From NCBI GenBank assembly GCA_041572575.1, contig JBFFSH010000070.1:1-13412 (forward strand): a stretch of 13,412 bases of DNA, written 5' to 3'. A program made the position numbers and the translations under genes. This document shows positions 1-7,231 of the stretch, piece by piece (position 1 is the stretch's first letter; each line of letters opens with the position of its first letter). The notes beneath the pieces were generated by a model. That model was not told the origin of the DNA. It worked only from the letters and a program-made list of their open reading frames with translations, and did not search any database. Origin of the DNA: Thermodesulfobacteriota bacterium. Its GTDB lineage: Bacteria > Desulfobacterota_D > UBA1144 > Nemesobacterales > N074bin48.

Positions 1-53
1 CTACAAACCCCCTGCTCCACGAGCTGTTATATCAGATAATAAATCCAAAAACT

Positions 54-1262
54 ATGAGCAAACATGTACTTCAACTCAATGACAAAATATCAGCAAATTC
101 TAACTCTAAAGGTGGACCTGAATTCTGGGGCTTGACAAAAATTGACTCATTAAACAGGCTTGCAGGGGGTATAGCGCACGACTTTAATAACCTGCTTACA
201 GGAATACTTGGAAATATTTCGCTGATCAAAACAAATTTAAATTTAGATGACTCTTATTATGAAAAATTTGTAGAGATTGAAAATATATCTATAAGGGCAA
301 AAGAACTAACAGAAAAACTTTCAGTATTTTCATCAGGCGGACAGCCCTACAGGTCAGTACAGTCCGTTTATGATCTGCTCGAGCAGTCCCTCGAGTCTGT
401 ACTGAAAGGAAGCCAGGTGACTTATGATATTAAAAGAGAGGATGAAATAAACACCGTAAGTGCTGACCCTGAACAAATAAAGCAGGTATTTAGTAATATA
501 ATATTAAATTCCAAACAAGCTGTGTTGGGTACAGGACAGCTGGAAATCCACTTAAAAAATACTGTTATAAATGATAAAACTATTATGCCTCTTACAGAGG
601 GTGATTATATAGAAATCAGCATTAAAGATAAAGGCTATGGAATTGCATCACAGGATTTACCAAAGGTTTTTGACCCTTATTTTACAACCAGGCCGGATAG
701 TGCAGGGCTTGGTCTTTCTATAGCTCGTACCATTATAAGCACCCATGACGGACATATACAAATAGATTCAGAAGAGGGTATACAAACTACAGTTAATATA
801 TATCTGCCAGTAATTAAAGAAAAAGAGAAACCAGCAGAGCCTCAAACAACCCCAGAAATTGAGTCTGATGGCAAACTGCTTTCAGGTAAAAGGGTTTTGG
901 TGATGGATGATGAGGAATTTATAAGAAAAGTCGCCGGCAATATATTGGAGCATCTTGGATGCCAGGTGGAGTTTGCAAGAGAAGGTGGGGAGGCTATAGA
1001 AAAATACAGAAGCCATGTAGAATCTGATAGTAGGATTGATTTTGTGATTCTGGATTTAACTGTTCCAGAGGGCCTGGGTGCCGAAGACACAATAAAAAGG
1101 CTAAAAGAAATTGACCCGGATGTTAAAGCAATAATATCTAGTGGTTATTCTCACGATCCTGTTATGTCTAATTATAAAGATTATGGTTTTATTGCAATGA
1201 TTAGAAAACCCTATGAGATTGAAGATTTTATTAAATCATTTTGCGAGCTTGTAGAAATCTAA
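54..1262 (+). CDS. Hybrid sensor histidine kinase/response regulator (HisKA + HATPase_c + REC, CckA-like); may extend upstream of the window
   Basis: H-box LAGGIAHDFNNLL, N-box QVFSNIILNS, G1/F/G2 boxes DKGYGI..FDPYFTT..GLGLS, and a C-terminal receiver (VLVMDDE..ILDLTVP..KPY). The frame is open from position 3 to ATG 54 (TNPLLHELLYQIINPKT), so the true start may lie outside the window. Confidence 0.93.
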   Translation: MSKHVLQLNDKISANSNSKGGPEFWGLTKIDSLNRLAGGIAHDFNNLLTGILGNISLIKTNLNLDDSYYEKFVEIENISIRAKELTEKLSVFSSGGQPYRSVQSVYDLLEQSLESVLKGSQVTYDIKREDEINTVSADPEQIKQVFSNIILNSKQAVLGTGQLEIHLKNTVINDKTIMPLTEGDYIEISIKDKGYGIASQDLPKVFDPYFTTRPDSAGLGLSIARTIISTHDGHIQIDSEEGIQTTVNIYLPVIKEKEKPAEPQTTPEIESDGKLLSGKRVLVMDDEEFIRKVAGNILEHLGCQVEFAREGGEAIEKYRSHVESDSRIDFVILDLTVPEGLGAEDTIKRLKEIDPDVKAIISSGYSHDPVMSNYKDYGFIAMIRKPYEIEDFIKSFCELVEI

Positions 1263-1267
1263 ATCGG

Positions 1268-1948
1268 CTAATAGTCCTTTAGCCGGAATTTTACTGGTAC
1301 CTTAACCCAGCTTGCAAATTGAACCCCATTTTGTTTGCCGGGTATAAAATTCCACTTGTTAACAGCATTTATTGCTGCTAAATCCAATACTCTAAATGCT
1401 GAGCTTTTTTCTATATCGACTTTGCCTACTTTTCCGTCTTCAAGTACCAGCACTTTTAACAACACCGTCCCTTCATATCCCCTTCTTCTGGCAATTAGAG
1501 GGTAAGGAGGTTTTGGATTAGCACTATAATCCGGGTATGCATCTTCATTTATACTCTCTATATTTACTTGCTGATAGTTGTTCTCTTTGGAACTACTTTT
1601 TATTTTTTTTGCAATTTTATTATCTGCTTCGCTTGTCTGCTCAATTCGTACTTCTGTAGGAGATGCCTTTATTTGGTTAGTTTCTTTCTTTGTCCTGGAT
1701 TTGTTCTTGATTGAAATTGGTTTTTTCGTAATGCTAGTTTTAGCTCTACTGGTAACCGGTTTCCTGGATTCAGTGTTATTTTGGGTATTACTGCTCTTTG
1801 ATGCAACTTTTACAGTGCTTACTTCAAAAAAGCTGGATATAGCAACTTTTGCTTCACTTCTAAAGATTAAAGCTAAAACAGATAGTAAAACAAAGTGTGC
1901 TAGCACTGATATTACAACAAATTTATTAATATTTTTTTGTTTAAGCAT
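1268..1948 (-). CDS. tonB: TonB family energy transducer
   Basis: N-terminal TM helix with S-x3-H (SVLAHFVLL), a Lys/Ser/Thr-rich linker, and a TonB_C domain PPYPLIARRRGYEGTVLLKVLV..G.V..V.IEKSS...LDLAAINAVNKWNFIPG. Confidence 0.9.
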   Translation of the reverse strand: MLKQKNINKFVVISVLAHFVLLSVLALIFRSEAKVAISSFFEVSTVKVASKSSNTQNNTESRKPVTSRAKTSITKKPISIKNKSRTKKETNQIKASPTEVRIEQTSEADNKIAKKIKSSSKENNYQQVNIESINEDAYPDYSANPKPPYPLIARRRGYEGTVLLKVLVLEDGKVGKVDIEKSSAFRVLDLAAINAVNKWNFIPGKQNGVQFASWVKVPVKFRLKDY

Positions 1949-1983
1949 AGATGCCGACTGGAATTTATAAATATATTAACCTA

Positions 1984-2015
1984 TTCTTCGTCTTAATAAA
2001 ACCTGTTTGGTTGAT
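1984..2015 (-). promoter_or_regulatory. Possible degenerate ECF-type promoter upstream of tonB (aTCAaCCAA-N16-CGaAgA)
   Basis: Minus strand ATCAACCAA ACAGGTTTTATTAAGA CGAAGAA, about 35 nt upstream of the tonB ATG. It resembles the triple motif but has mismatches and a spacer 1 nt longer. Confidence 0.3.
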
Positions 2016-2151
2016 CGGATTATCTATGCGTAAGTATTAAAAAACTTTGTTAAAAGCGTTACTATTATAAGAGTGTATAGTGAGGCTCTAACAAAGTAGA
2101 GCAAGTAAACTTCCATGATATTTACCTCCAACGGGATTTATGAAATTGCCG

Positions 2152-3462
2152 TTAAACTGCATTTGATTGTTCTATTTGTCTGATTAGGTTTCTTACCTCA
2201 TCGGCTGAGCTCATATCAAAATATGGATTTGTTTTAAGGCAAAGATCAAAATATTTTTTCGCATCAGATAAATTACCTGCACTGTAATTTATCATTCCTG
2301 CATGGAAATAAATCCCGGCATCTTTAGTGCCGTGCTCAAGCGATTTCTTGGAGTACTTAAGGGCCTGTTTGAAATTGCCAAGTTTATAATAAACCCAGGC
2401 CAGAGTGTCATATGTAAAAACATCCTGTTTCATCTCCAGGTCTTTGTGCGCAAGTTCCAATGCATTATCAAGCTTTATTTCATTATCAGCATAAAAAGCG
2501 GCATGATGTTCCAGGTATCCTAAATAACCTGAATCCAGATAATTTTCATATTTATCCTTTGCTATTTTTAAATGTTCCTCTGCTTTTTCTTTATTGCCCA
2601 TCTTGTCATAAACTCCTGAAATAGCAGCATGAAAATCAGGGCTTGGGTTTATCTCTAGCACGACTTGATAAATCTTTATAGCTTTTTCATAATCTCCTTT
2701 AACAGCATTTATCTCTGCTAAGTGTTCTAGGGCCAAATAATAATTGTTTAGATGTGATAGGGATTTCAGGTAATGAACCTCTGCGTTTTTTAAATCACCT
2801 TTATTAAAGTAGAGTGAACCTAGTATTACTTCTGCCCATGCCATGTTTTCTTTTGGCAGTCTGTGTCTAAATCCGTATCTAATCGATTTCTTCATTTCCA
2901 AAATTGCTCCGTCTGTGTCTCCGGTTATATCTTTTATATGTGATAGGCGGCTAAGTGAATATAGACTTGATTTTAGGCTTACCATCTTTTCATAGGCCCT
3001 TTGAGCTTGTTTATATTGCCCAAGCTCTATATATGCATCACCCATAATTCCATATGCTGATGCTTCTTTATTATCTATCTCCATAGCTTTTTTAGCGTAT
3101 TTAAGAGTCTTATTAAAATCGTGTCTTGATGATGCAACCTGTCCTAGGAATATATAAGAATTATAATTATTGCTGTTTAGTTCTAATGATTTTTTGAGAA
3201 ACTGCTCAGCTTTATCGTACAGAGAAAGGTCACCGGTTTCCCTTGCTTTTCTGATATGCAATTGTCCTAATTTGTCATAATTATAGTAATCCGATGGAGA
3301 TTTCTGTATTTGTAAATGATAGTATTCAATCAAATGGTCAGTACAATTTGTAGTGGTTTGGTTATTTAGATTTAAGCTGCTTAGTGTTATATTTTCTGAA
3401 CTATAGGATGTATTTACCCCAATTATAGTAAAGATAATTAGTAGTAACAGTAATCTTTTCAT
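2152..3462 (-). CDS. Exported tetratricopeptide repeat (TPR) protein
   Basis: Signal peptide MKRLLLLLIIFTIIGVNTSYS; multiple TPR units (e.g. AYGIMGDAYIELGQYKQAQRAYEK, TYDTLAWVYYKLGNFKQALKYSKK); RBS GGAGGA upstream. Confidence 0.9.
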   Translation of the reverse strand: MKRLLLLLIIFTIIGVNTSYSSENITLSSLNLNNQTTTNCTDHLIEYYHLQIQKSPSDYYNYDKLGQLHIRKARETGDLSLYDKAEQFLKKSLELNSNNYNSYIFLGQVASSRHDFNKTLKYAKKAMEIDNKEASAYGIMGDAYIELGQYKQAQRAYEKMVSLKSSLYSLSRLSHIKDITGDTDGAILEMKKSIRYGFRHRLPKENMAWAEVILGSLYFNKGDLKNAEVHYLKSLSHLNNYYLALEHLAEINAVKGDYEKAIKIYQVVLEINPSPDFHAAISGVYDKMGNKEKAEEHLKIAKDKYENYLDSGYLGYLEHHAAFYADNEIKLDNALELAHKDLEMKQDVFTYDTLAWVYYKLGNFKQALKYSKKSLEHGTKDAGIYFHAGMINYSAGNLSDAKKYFDLCLKTNPYFDMSSADEVRNLIRQIEQSNAV

Positions 3463-3509
3463 TCGTTTCCTCCAAGATATAGATATTTAAAATTAGTAAT
3501 TATAGTCAG

Positions 3510-3535
3510 GGGACAGGAGATAATACTCCTGTCCC
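3510..3535. other. Intergenic 10-bp perfect stem-loop between the DUF4331 and TPR genes
   Basis: GGGACAGGAG (3510-3519), loop ATAATA, CTCCTGTCCC (3526-3535). No U-tract follows on the coding (minus) strand. Confidence 0.7.
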
Positions 3536-3552
3536 GATTTAAGATAAGCTAT

Positions 3553-5214
3553 TTAATCAACAGGACATTCACCCGTAGGTGTTCCTTCACAACCAAGGTC
3601 ACCCGGATCTATATGTCTTGAATCTCTTCCACTATGAGCATCATTTAGATATGGGAAGGATGTTCTGTATGGCTGAACATCATTTACGTTTACACCGTCA
3701 CCAATTCTGTTGTGTGGAAAAATATTAAACTCCGGATTAAGCACACCTACTGCTGCTCTTGAAACAATATCGATCACATCATCAACAACTCTGCGTCCGT
3801 TTGGAAAGCCTGCAGGGTCGTCATTAGTTTCATCTTCGTCAAGTAGTGTTAAAAAACCAAGCCTGCTCTGATTTTCTGGTGCTGTAGGTGCGATACCAGT
3901 GTTCAGACGAAGAAGATCGGCTATTGGTCCCGGGTCAGTACCTTCGGCTGCTACTGGGCCTACATACTGTACGAGAGGAGCAAGGTCTGTTCTTGGAACA
4001 TCGGGTATTGGAAGTATATCCGGTCCGTATAGTGCTTCATATACTGAGTTCAATACACGTGCAATAACTGGGTCAAAAAAGAAGTCTGAAAACTGTGCGT
4101 CATCTCTTGGCTCGCTCATGCTGAATTTATCTTTAGAGCCAATACCTATTATAAGCTCATTTATTAAAGGAGCTCCCATTCTCTGTATCTGTGTATAGCT
4201 GCCTGATAGAACAGGTTTCTGGCCTGGATTTCTGAAAAGCTTGAATGTTGGTCTTGAAGAAGTTCCCCAAACACCTATTGTAGCTTCAGGGACAGTAGAA
4301 GCGTGTTTTGCTCCATCGCTTGTTAGAAGTTTAATTGGAACCTCTATTGCGATTGCATTTACGTTATAGCCTGAAAACTCATCAGAAGCAAAATTCTTAG
4401 TATCATCAGCTTCCTGTTCTTCTGTGAGTACTCCCTGAACAACAAAGCCCTGCGACCTGAAGTTGAATGAATCAAAAGCTGCACCAAGATCGAGCCAGAA
4501 TGGATCATCGACTGTACCTGCAAATGATTTTATGCCTCTGGGTAGTTGGTATATGCCCTGTTCAACAAGAGATGAGTAGTCTGGCATAGTTCTAGGACCA
4601 GCGTTTGTAGGTACTTTAAATAGAGGTCCGCCATTAATGTTGTTAAGAATCGTTCTCTTTCCATTTTTTACCATTGTGACTGTATAAGACTGTCTCAATC
4701 CCAGTCCCTCTGAACCCGGACCGTCAAGAGCAGTAATAGCAGGAGGTACGACGGGGTTTCCGACTGTTGGAACACCATCGAGGTCTGCCGGGGCATTTGC
4801 GGGAGCGTTTATTCCATCCAGTGCGCCCACATAAGCTGTGAACACATTTGGTAACCTGATTTCATTTTTAAATTTGAATTCAAAAATTATATCTTCTTTA
4901 GCATCATGGTCATTGTCAATCCTTATTGCATAAAGAATCTCTTCATCAAAAGGGAAATACGTAGGGCCATTGCCTGGCTCTAGAAACGGATCATAGGTTA
5001 CAATCATGGTAACCTTATCTGAAGCCTTTGGATCATTTGGGTCATAACTAACAAATGCAAATACATCTGGTATATCAGCTTCATCATCGATTGCTGATAT
5101 AGGTGATTCTCTATGGTTTGCGCCATAGGTGTTTATATTTAGTCCCATTGTGAGGGATAAAACAAAGAAAAGAATGAGAATAAAACTTGATTTTGTTGCT
5201 TGAAAAGTTCTCAT
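3553..5214 (-). CDS. Exported DUF4331-family protein
   Basis: Signal peptide followed by ANHRESP (family-type S.HREAP), DIPDVFAF, FAGTVDDPFWLDLG, QIQRMGAPLINE, DLLRLN, GFPNGRRVVDDVID. Start moved from 5247 to ATG 5214 because AAAGGAGGT precedes it and ATG 5247 overlaps the -10 element. Confidence 0.85.
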   Translation of the reverse strand: MRTFQATKSSFILILFFVLSLTMGLNINTYGANHRESPISAIDDEADIPDVFAFVSYDPNDPKASDKVTMIVTYDPFLEPGNGPTYFPFDEEILYAIRIDNDHDAKEDIIFEFKFKNEIRLPNVFTAYVGALDGINAPANAPADLDGVPTVGNPVVPPAITALDGPGSEGLGLRQSYTVTMVKNGKRTILNNINGGPLFKVPTNAGPRTMPDYSSLVEQGIYQLPRGIKSFAGTVDDPFWLDLGAAFDSFNFRSQGFVVQGVLTEEQEADDTKNFASDEFSGYNVNAIAIEVPIKLLTSDGAKHASTVPEATIGVWGTSSRPTFKLFRNPGQKPVLSGSYTQIQRMGAPLINELIIGIGSKDKFSMSEPRDDAQFSDFFFDPVIARVLNSVYEALYGPDILPIPDVPRTDLAPLVQYVGPVAAEGTDPGPIADLLRLNTGIAPTAPENQSRLGFLTLLDEDETNDDPAGFPNGRRVVDDVIDIVSRAAVGVLNPEFNIFPHNRIGDGVNVNDVQPYRTSFPYLNDAHSGRDSRHIDPGDLGCEGTPTGECPVD

Positions 5215-5245
5215 ATCTTTACCTCCTTTAATAAATTTTATATAC

Positions 5246-5276
5246 ATATACGGAGGTACTAAGCTTATTGGATGAA
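5246..5276 (-). promoter_or_regulatory. ECF sigma promoter copy 1 (TTCATCCAA-N15-CGTATAT), upstream of DUF4331-TPR
   Basis: Plus strand ATATACG 5246-5252, 15-nt spacer, TTGGATGAA 5268-5276; both boxes identical to the copies at 6510-6540 and 7939-7969. Confidence 0.85.
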
Positions 5277-5380
5277 TAATTTATAAAATATTTTATATAT
5301 CATTAAAATTATTGTTAATATAGTCATATGCAGGGACAGTTAGATTAATAACATATAAATATGAAGAGGTAATAATAGAA

Positions 5381-5421
5381 AATAAAAAAGCCCTTTACAG
5401 TGCAGTAAAGGGCTTTTCTTT
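5381..5421 (-). terminator. Rho-independent terminator after the 88-aa secreted protein gene (could work in both directions)
   Basis: AAAAGCCCTTTAC (5386-5398), 6-nt loop, GTAAAGGGCTTTT (5405-5417); T-tracts on both strands (minus: TTTTTTATTTT). Confidence 0.9.
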
Positions 5422-5456
5422 TAGGAGGATGGGGTTGGGGGTTTAGTTTTTATGAT

Positions 5457-5723
5457 TTATATTTTTACACCAAATACTGATAGATCGGAGCTGCTGATAT
5501 TATCTCTTGCCTGAGCATCCTGATCTATTACAACATCCTTTTGATCCTGATTCTGCAGATAAAAGCTTATATGGTCTTGTTCTACCTTGCCACCTTTAAT
5601 CTGATCACTTACATGCTGCTTTTCTATTGGAGTGTCCACTCCAAATATATTGGTATCAGCAGAACCTACCACTGGCATACTTAGTGCTAATCCAATTGCT
5701 GCTACTGTTAATAATTTTTTCAT
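5457..5723 (-). CDS. Small secreted hypothetical protein (88 aa)
   Basis: RBS GGAGG, Sec signal peptide MKKLLTVAAIGLALSMPVVGSA, followed by a terminator. Confidence 0.8.
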   Translation of the reverse strand: MKKLLTVAAIGLALSMPVVGSADTNIFGVDTPIEKQHVSDQIKGGKVEQDHISFYLQNQDQKDVVIDQDAQARDNISSSDLSVFGVKI

Positions 5724-5753
5724 TTTACTGCCTCCAATTATGTATTTATCTAT

Positions 5754-5781
5754 TTAGACATATAACTAATAATAACGATTC
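5754..5781 (-). promoter_or_regulatory. Possible RpoE-like ECF promoter (GAATC-N17-GTCTAA) for the 88-aa gene
   Basis: Minus strand TGAATC GTTATTATTAGTTATAT GTCTAA in the 61-nt gap after the sigma-2 stop. It resembles GAAC..GTC/TCTAA ECF promoters but occurs only once. Confidence 0.35.
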
Positions 5782-5784
5782 ATA

Positions 5785-6468
5785 TTATTTTAAAATAGTA
5801 GATAATTTTTCAAAAAGCATGTTTCTGGCTCTTAGGAGTCTTGATTTAAATGCGGTTAAAGTGATATCCGTAATGTCTGCTGCTTCCTGGTTGCTAAGGC
5901 CTTCAATATCTCTCAGTTCTATGACAATCCTATATTTCTCCGGCAATGAATCAATTGAGCTTCGTACAATATCAAGGATTTCTTTATTAATATTGGTTTC
6001 ATCGGGAATAGTACTATGATCCTCATGATCTATTGTAGTGCCATGCTCAGTATTACTGTCACTCTCCATGCTTGCTTTGTCTCTGTTCTTTTTTCTTAGA
6101 AACGAATAGGTAGCATTAATGCTTACCCTGTAAATCCACGTTGAGAATTTGGAATCGCCTCTATAATAGTGAATCTTTTCCAGTAGCGTAAGGAATATAT
6201 TTTGCAATACGTCTTCTGCATCCACGCTGTTCTTTGTAATAGATAAAGTAAGTCTATAAATTTTATCTATATAACGAAAGGCAATCTCATTTATTGCTTC
6301 ATCATCTTTATTCTCAATGTATAATTTTGTGAGGTGCTCATCAGTATATTCTTTGTAGTTATGCTTTTGCTCTTTATAGAATATATTTAGTAGATGCTGC
6401 ACGCTATTAGTGCCGGGTGTTGATATGCTGTTTGATTTATCAACATTTAATGAATTATAAGTAAGCAT
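5785..6468 (-). CDS. ECF sigma-70 family factor (RpoE/SigW-like), 'sigma-2'
   Basis: Region 2 DAEDVLQNIFL..YRGDSKFSTWIYRVSIN; region 4 LPEKYRIVIELRDIEGLSNQEAA..AFKSRLLRAR; RBS AAGGAGG. Confidence 0.93.
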   Translation of the reverse strand: MLTYNSLNVDKSNSISTPGTNSVQHLLNIFYKEQKHNYKEYTDEHLTKLYIENKDDEAINEIAFRYIDKIYRLTLSITKNSVDAEDVLQNIFLTLLEKIHYYRGDSKFSTWIYRVSINATYSFLRKKNRDKASMESDSNTEHGTTIDHEDHSTIPDETNINKEILDIVRSSIDSLPEKYRIVIELRDIEGLSNQEAADITDITLTAFKSRLLRARNMLFEKLSTILK

Positions 6469-6509
6469 GTTTATATCCTCCTTAGCTTAACTTTATGTAT
6501 TTGTTATAG

Positions 6510-6540
6510 ATATACGCAGGAGGATATGTGATTGGATGAA
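6510..6540 (-). promoter_or_regulatory. ECF sigma promoter copy 2 (TTCATCCAA-N15-CGTATAT), upstream of sigma-2
   Basis: Plus strand ATATACG 6510-6516, 15-nt spacer, TTGGATGAA 6532-6540. Confidence 0.85.
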
Positions 6541-6644
6541 CTTATTTGAAAATAGTCTGATTAATAAGGATAGTTTAATCTTGAGTAGAAAAAATTAGGA
6601 TAAAATAAAACTGGTTGATTATAAAGCTCTGGGATGCAAGCAGA

Positions 6645-6971
6645 TTAAACGTGGTGCTCAATCATCTCGTTTTTAGCCGAAGCCATAACTAAGAGAGTAC
6701 AGCCGTTTTCTGAATATATTGAGTGATGTGTACTATCTGCATCGGCTCTTATATAATCACCTGAGGTAAACTTATGCCCTCCCATATTCAGGTCGCCTTC
6801 GATAATATAACACTCCTCATCTTCTGCATGCTTATGATCGGGAAAAGCTGCGCCTGGCTCCATCTTTACAAGCACTGTAGAATATTGTCTGTCCTGGTCT
6901 GTGTATAAATTTTTTACTTGTACGCCTTTAACAACCTCTACCCAGGAGCCTTCATTTTCTCTTACATACAA
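6645..6971 (-). CDS. ChrR-like cupin domain; probably the C-terminal half of a frameshifted anti-sigma factor
   Basis: Cupin metal motif PDHKHAEDEECYIIEG...GDYIRADADSTHH..SENGC. Only a TTG start with a closely spaced AAAGGA; the frame is open upstream to the A8 run at 7005-7012. Confidence 0.85.
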   Translation of the reverse strand: MYVRENEGSWVEVVKGVQVKNLYTDQDRQYSTVLVKMEPGAAFPDHKHAEDEECYIIEGDLNMGGHKFTSGDYIRADADSTHHSIYSENGCTLLVMASAKNEMIEHHV

Positions 6972-7231
6972 AAATCCTTTGTCGTGAGAAGTTTTATCAG
7001 TGGGTTTTTTTTAATTTTTGAAAGTATACTGTTTTTGAGCTCAGCTCGCGGACTTTCAGGAGTAAAATTATAGAGTAGCGCTTCTTTTGCTTTATAAAGC
7101 GTGTCTAATTCAGATTCCAATAAAGCGGTGTCTTCAGAAGATAATGAGTCTATTGCCATATTATCTTCATCTTCCAACAGCTCCAGTGTTTTAAGTGCCG
7201 CTAATTCTTCAATCTTACCGTTGTCTGACAT
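6962..7231 (-). CDS. Anti-sigma domain (RskA/ChrR N-terminal-like); N-terminal half of a frameshifted anti-sigma factor
   Basis: IEELAALKTLELL...PESPRAELKNSILSKI fits the ASD pattern (ELAA.YALG.L ... P.P...LK..IL..I); coupled to the sigma-1 stop via TAATG at 7233-7229. Confidence 0.75.
   Translation of the reverse strand: MSDNGKIEELAALKTLELLEDEDNMAIDSLSSEDTALLESELDTLYKAKEALLYNFTPESPRAELKNSILSKIKKNPLIKLLTTKDFCM

Noticed and set aside
1..160. Apparently sensor-less hybrid kinase
   Set aside because: The reading frame is open to the window edge, so input domains may lie upstream; this cannot be judged here.
1578..1970. Very hydrophobic 130-aa + strand ORF resembling a membrane protein
   Set aside because: Antisense shadow of the A-rich (Lys/Asn) tonB linker, with a TTG start and no RBS.
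6518..6539. + strand AGGAGG followed by ATG TGA or GTG ATT GGA TGA mini-ORFs
   Set aside because: Only 1-3 codons long; better explained as the anti-SD arm and promoter on the minus strand.
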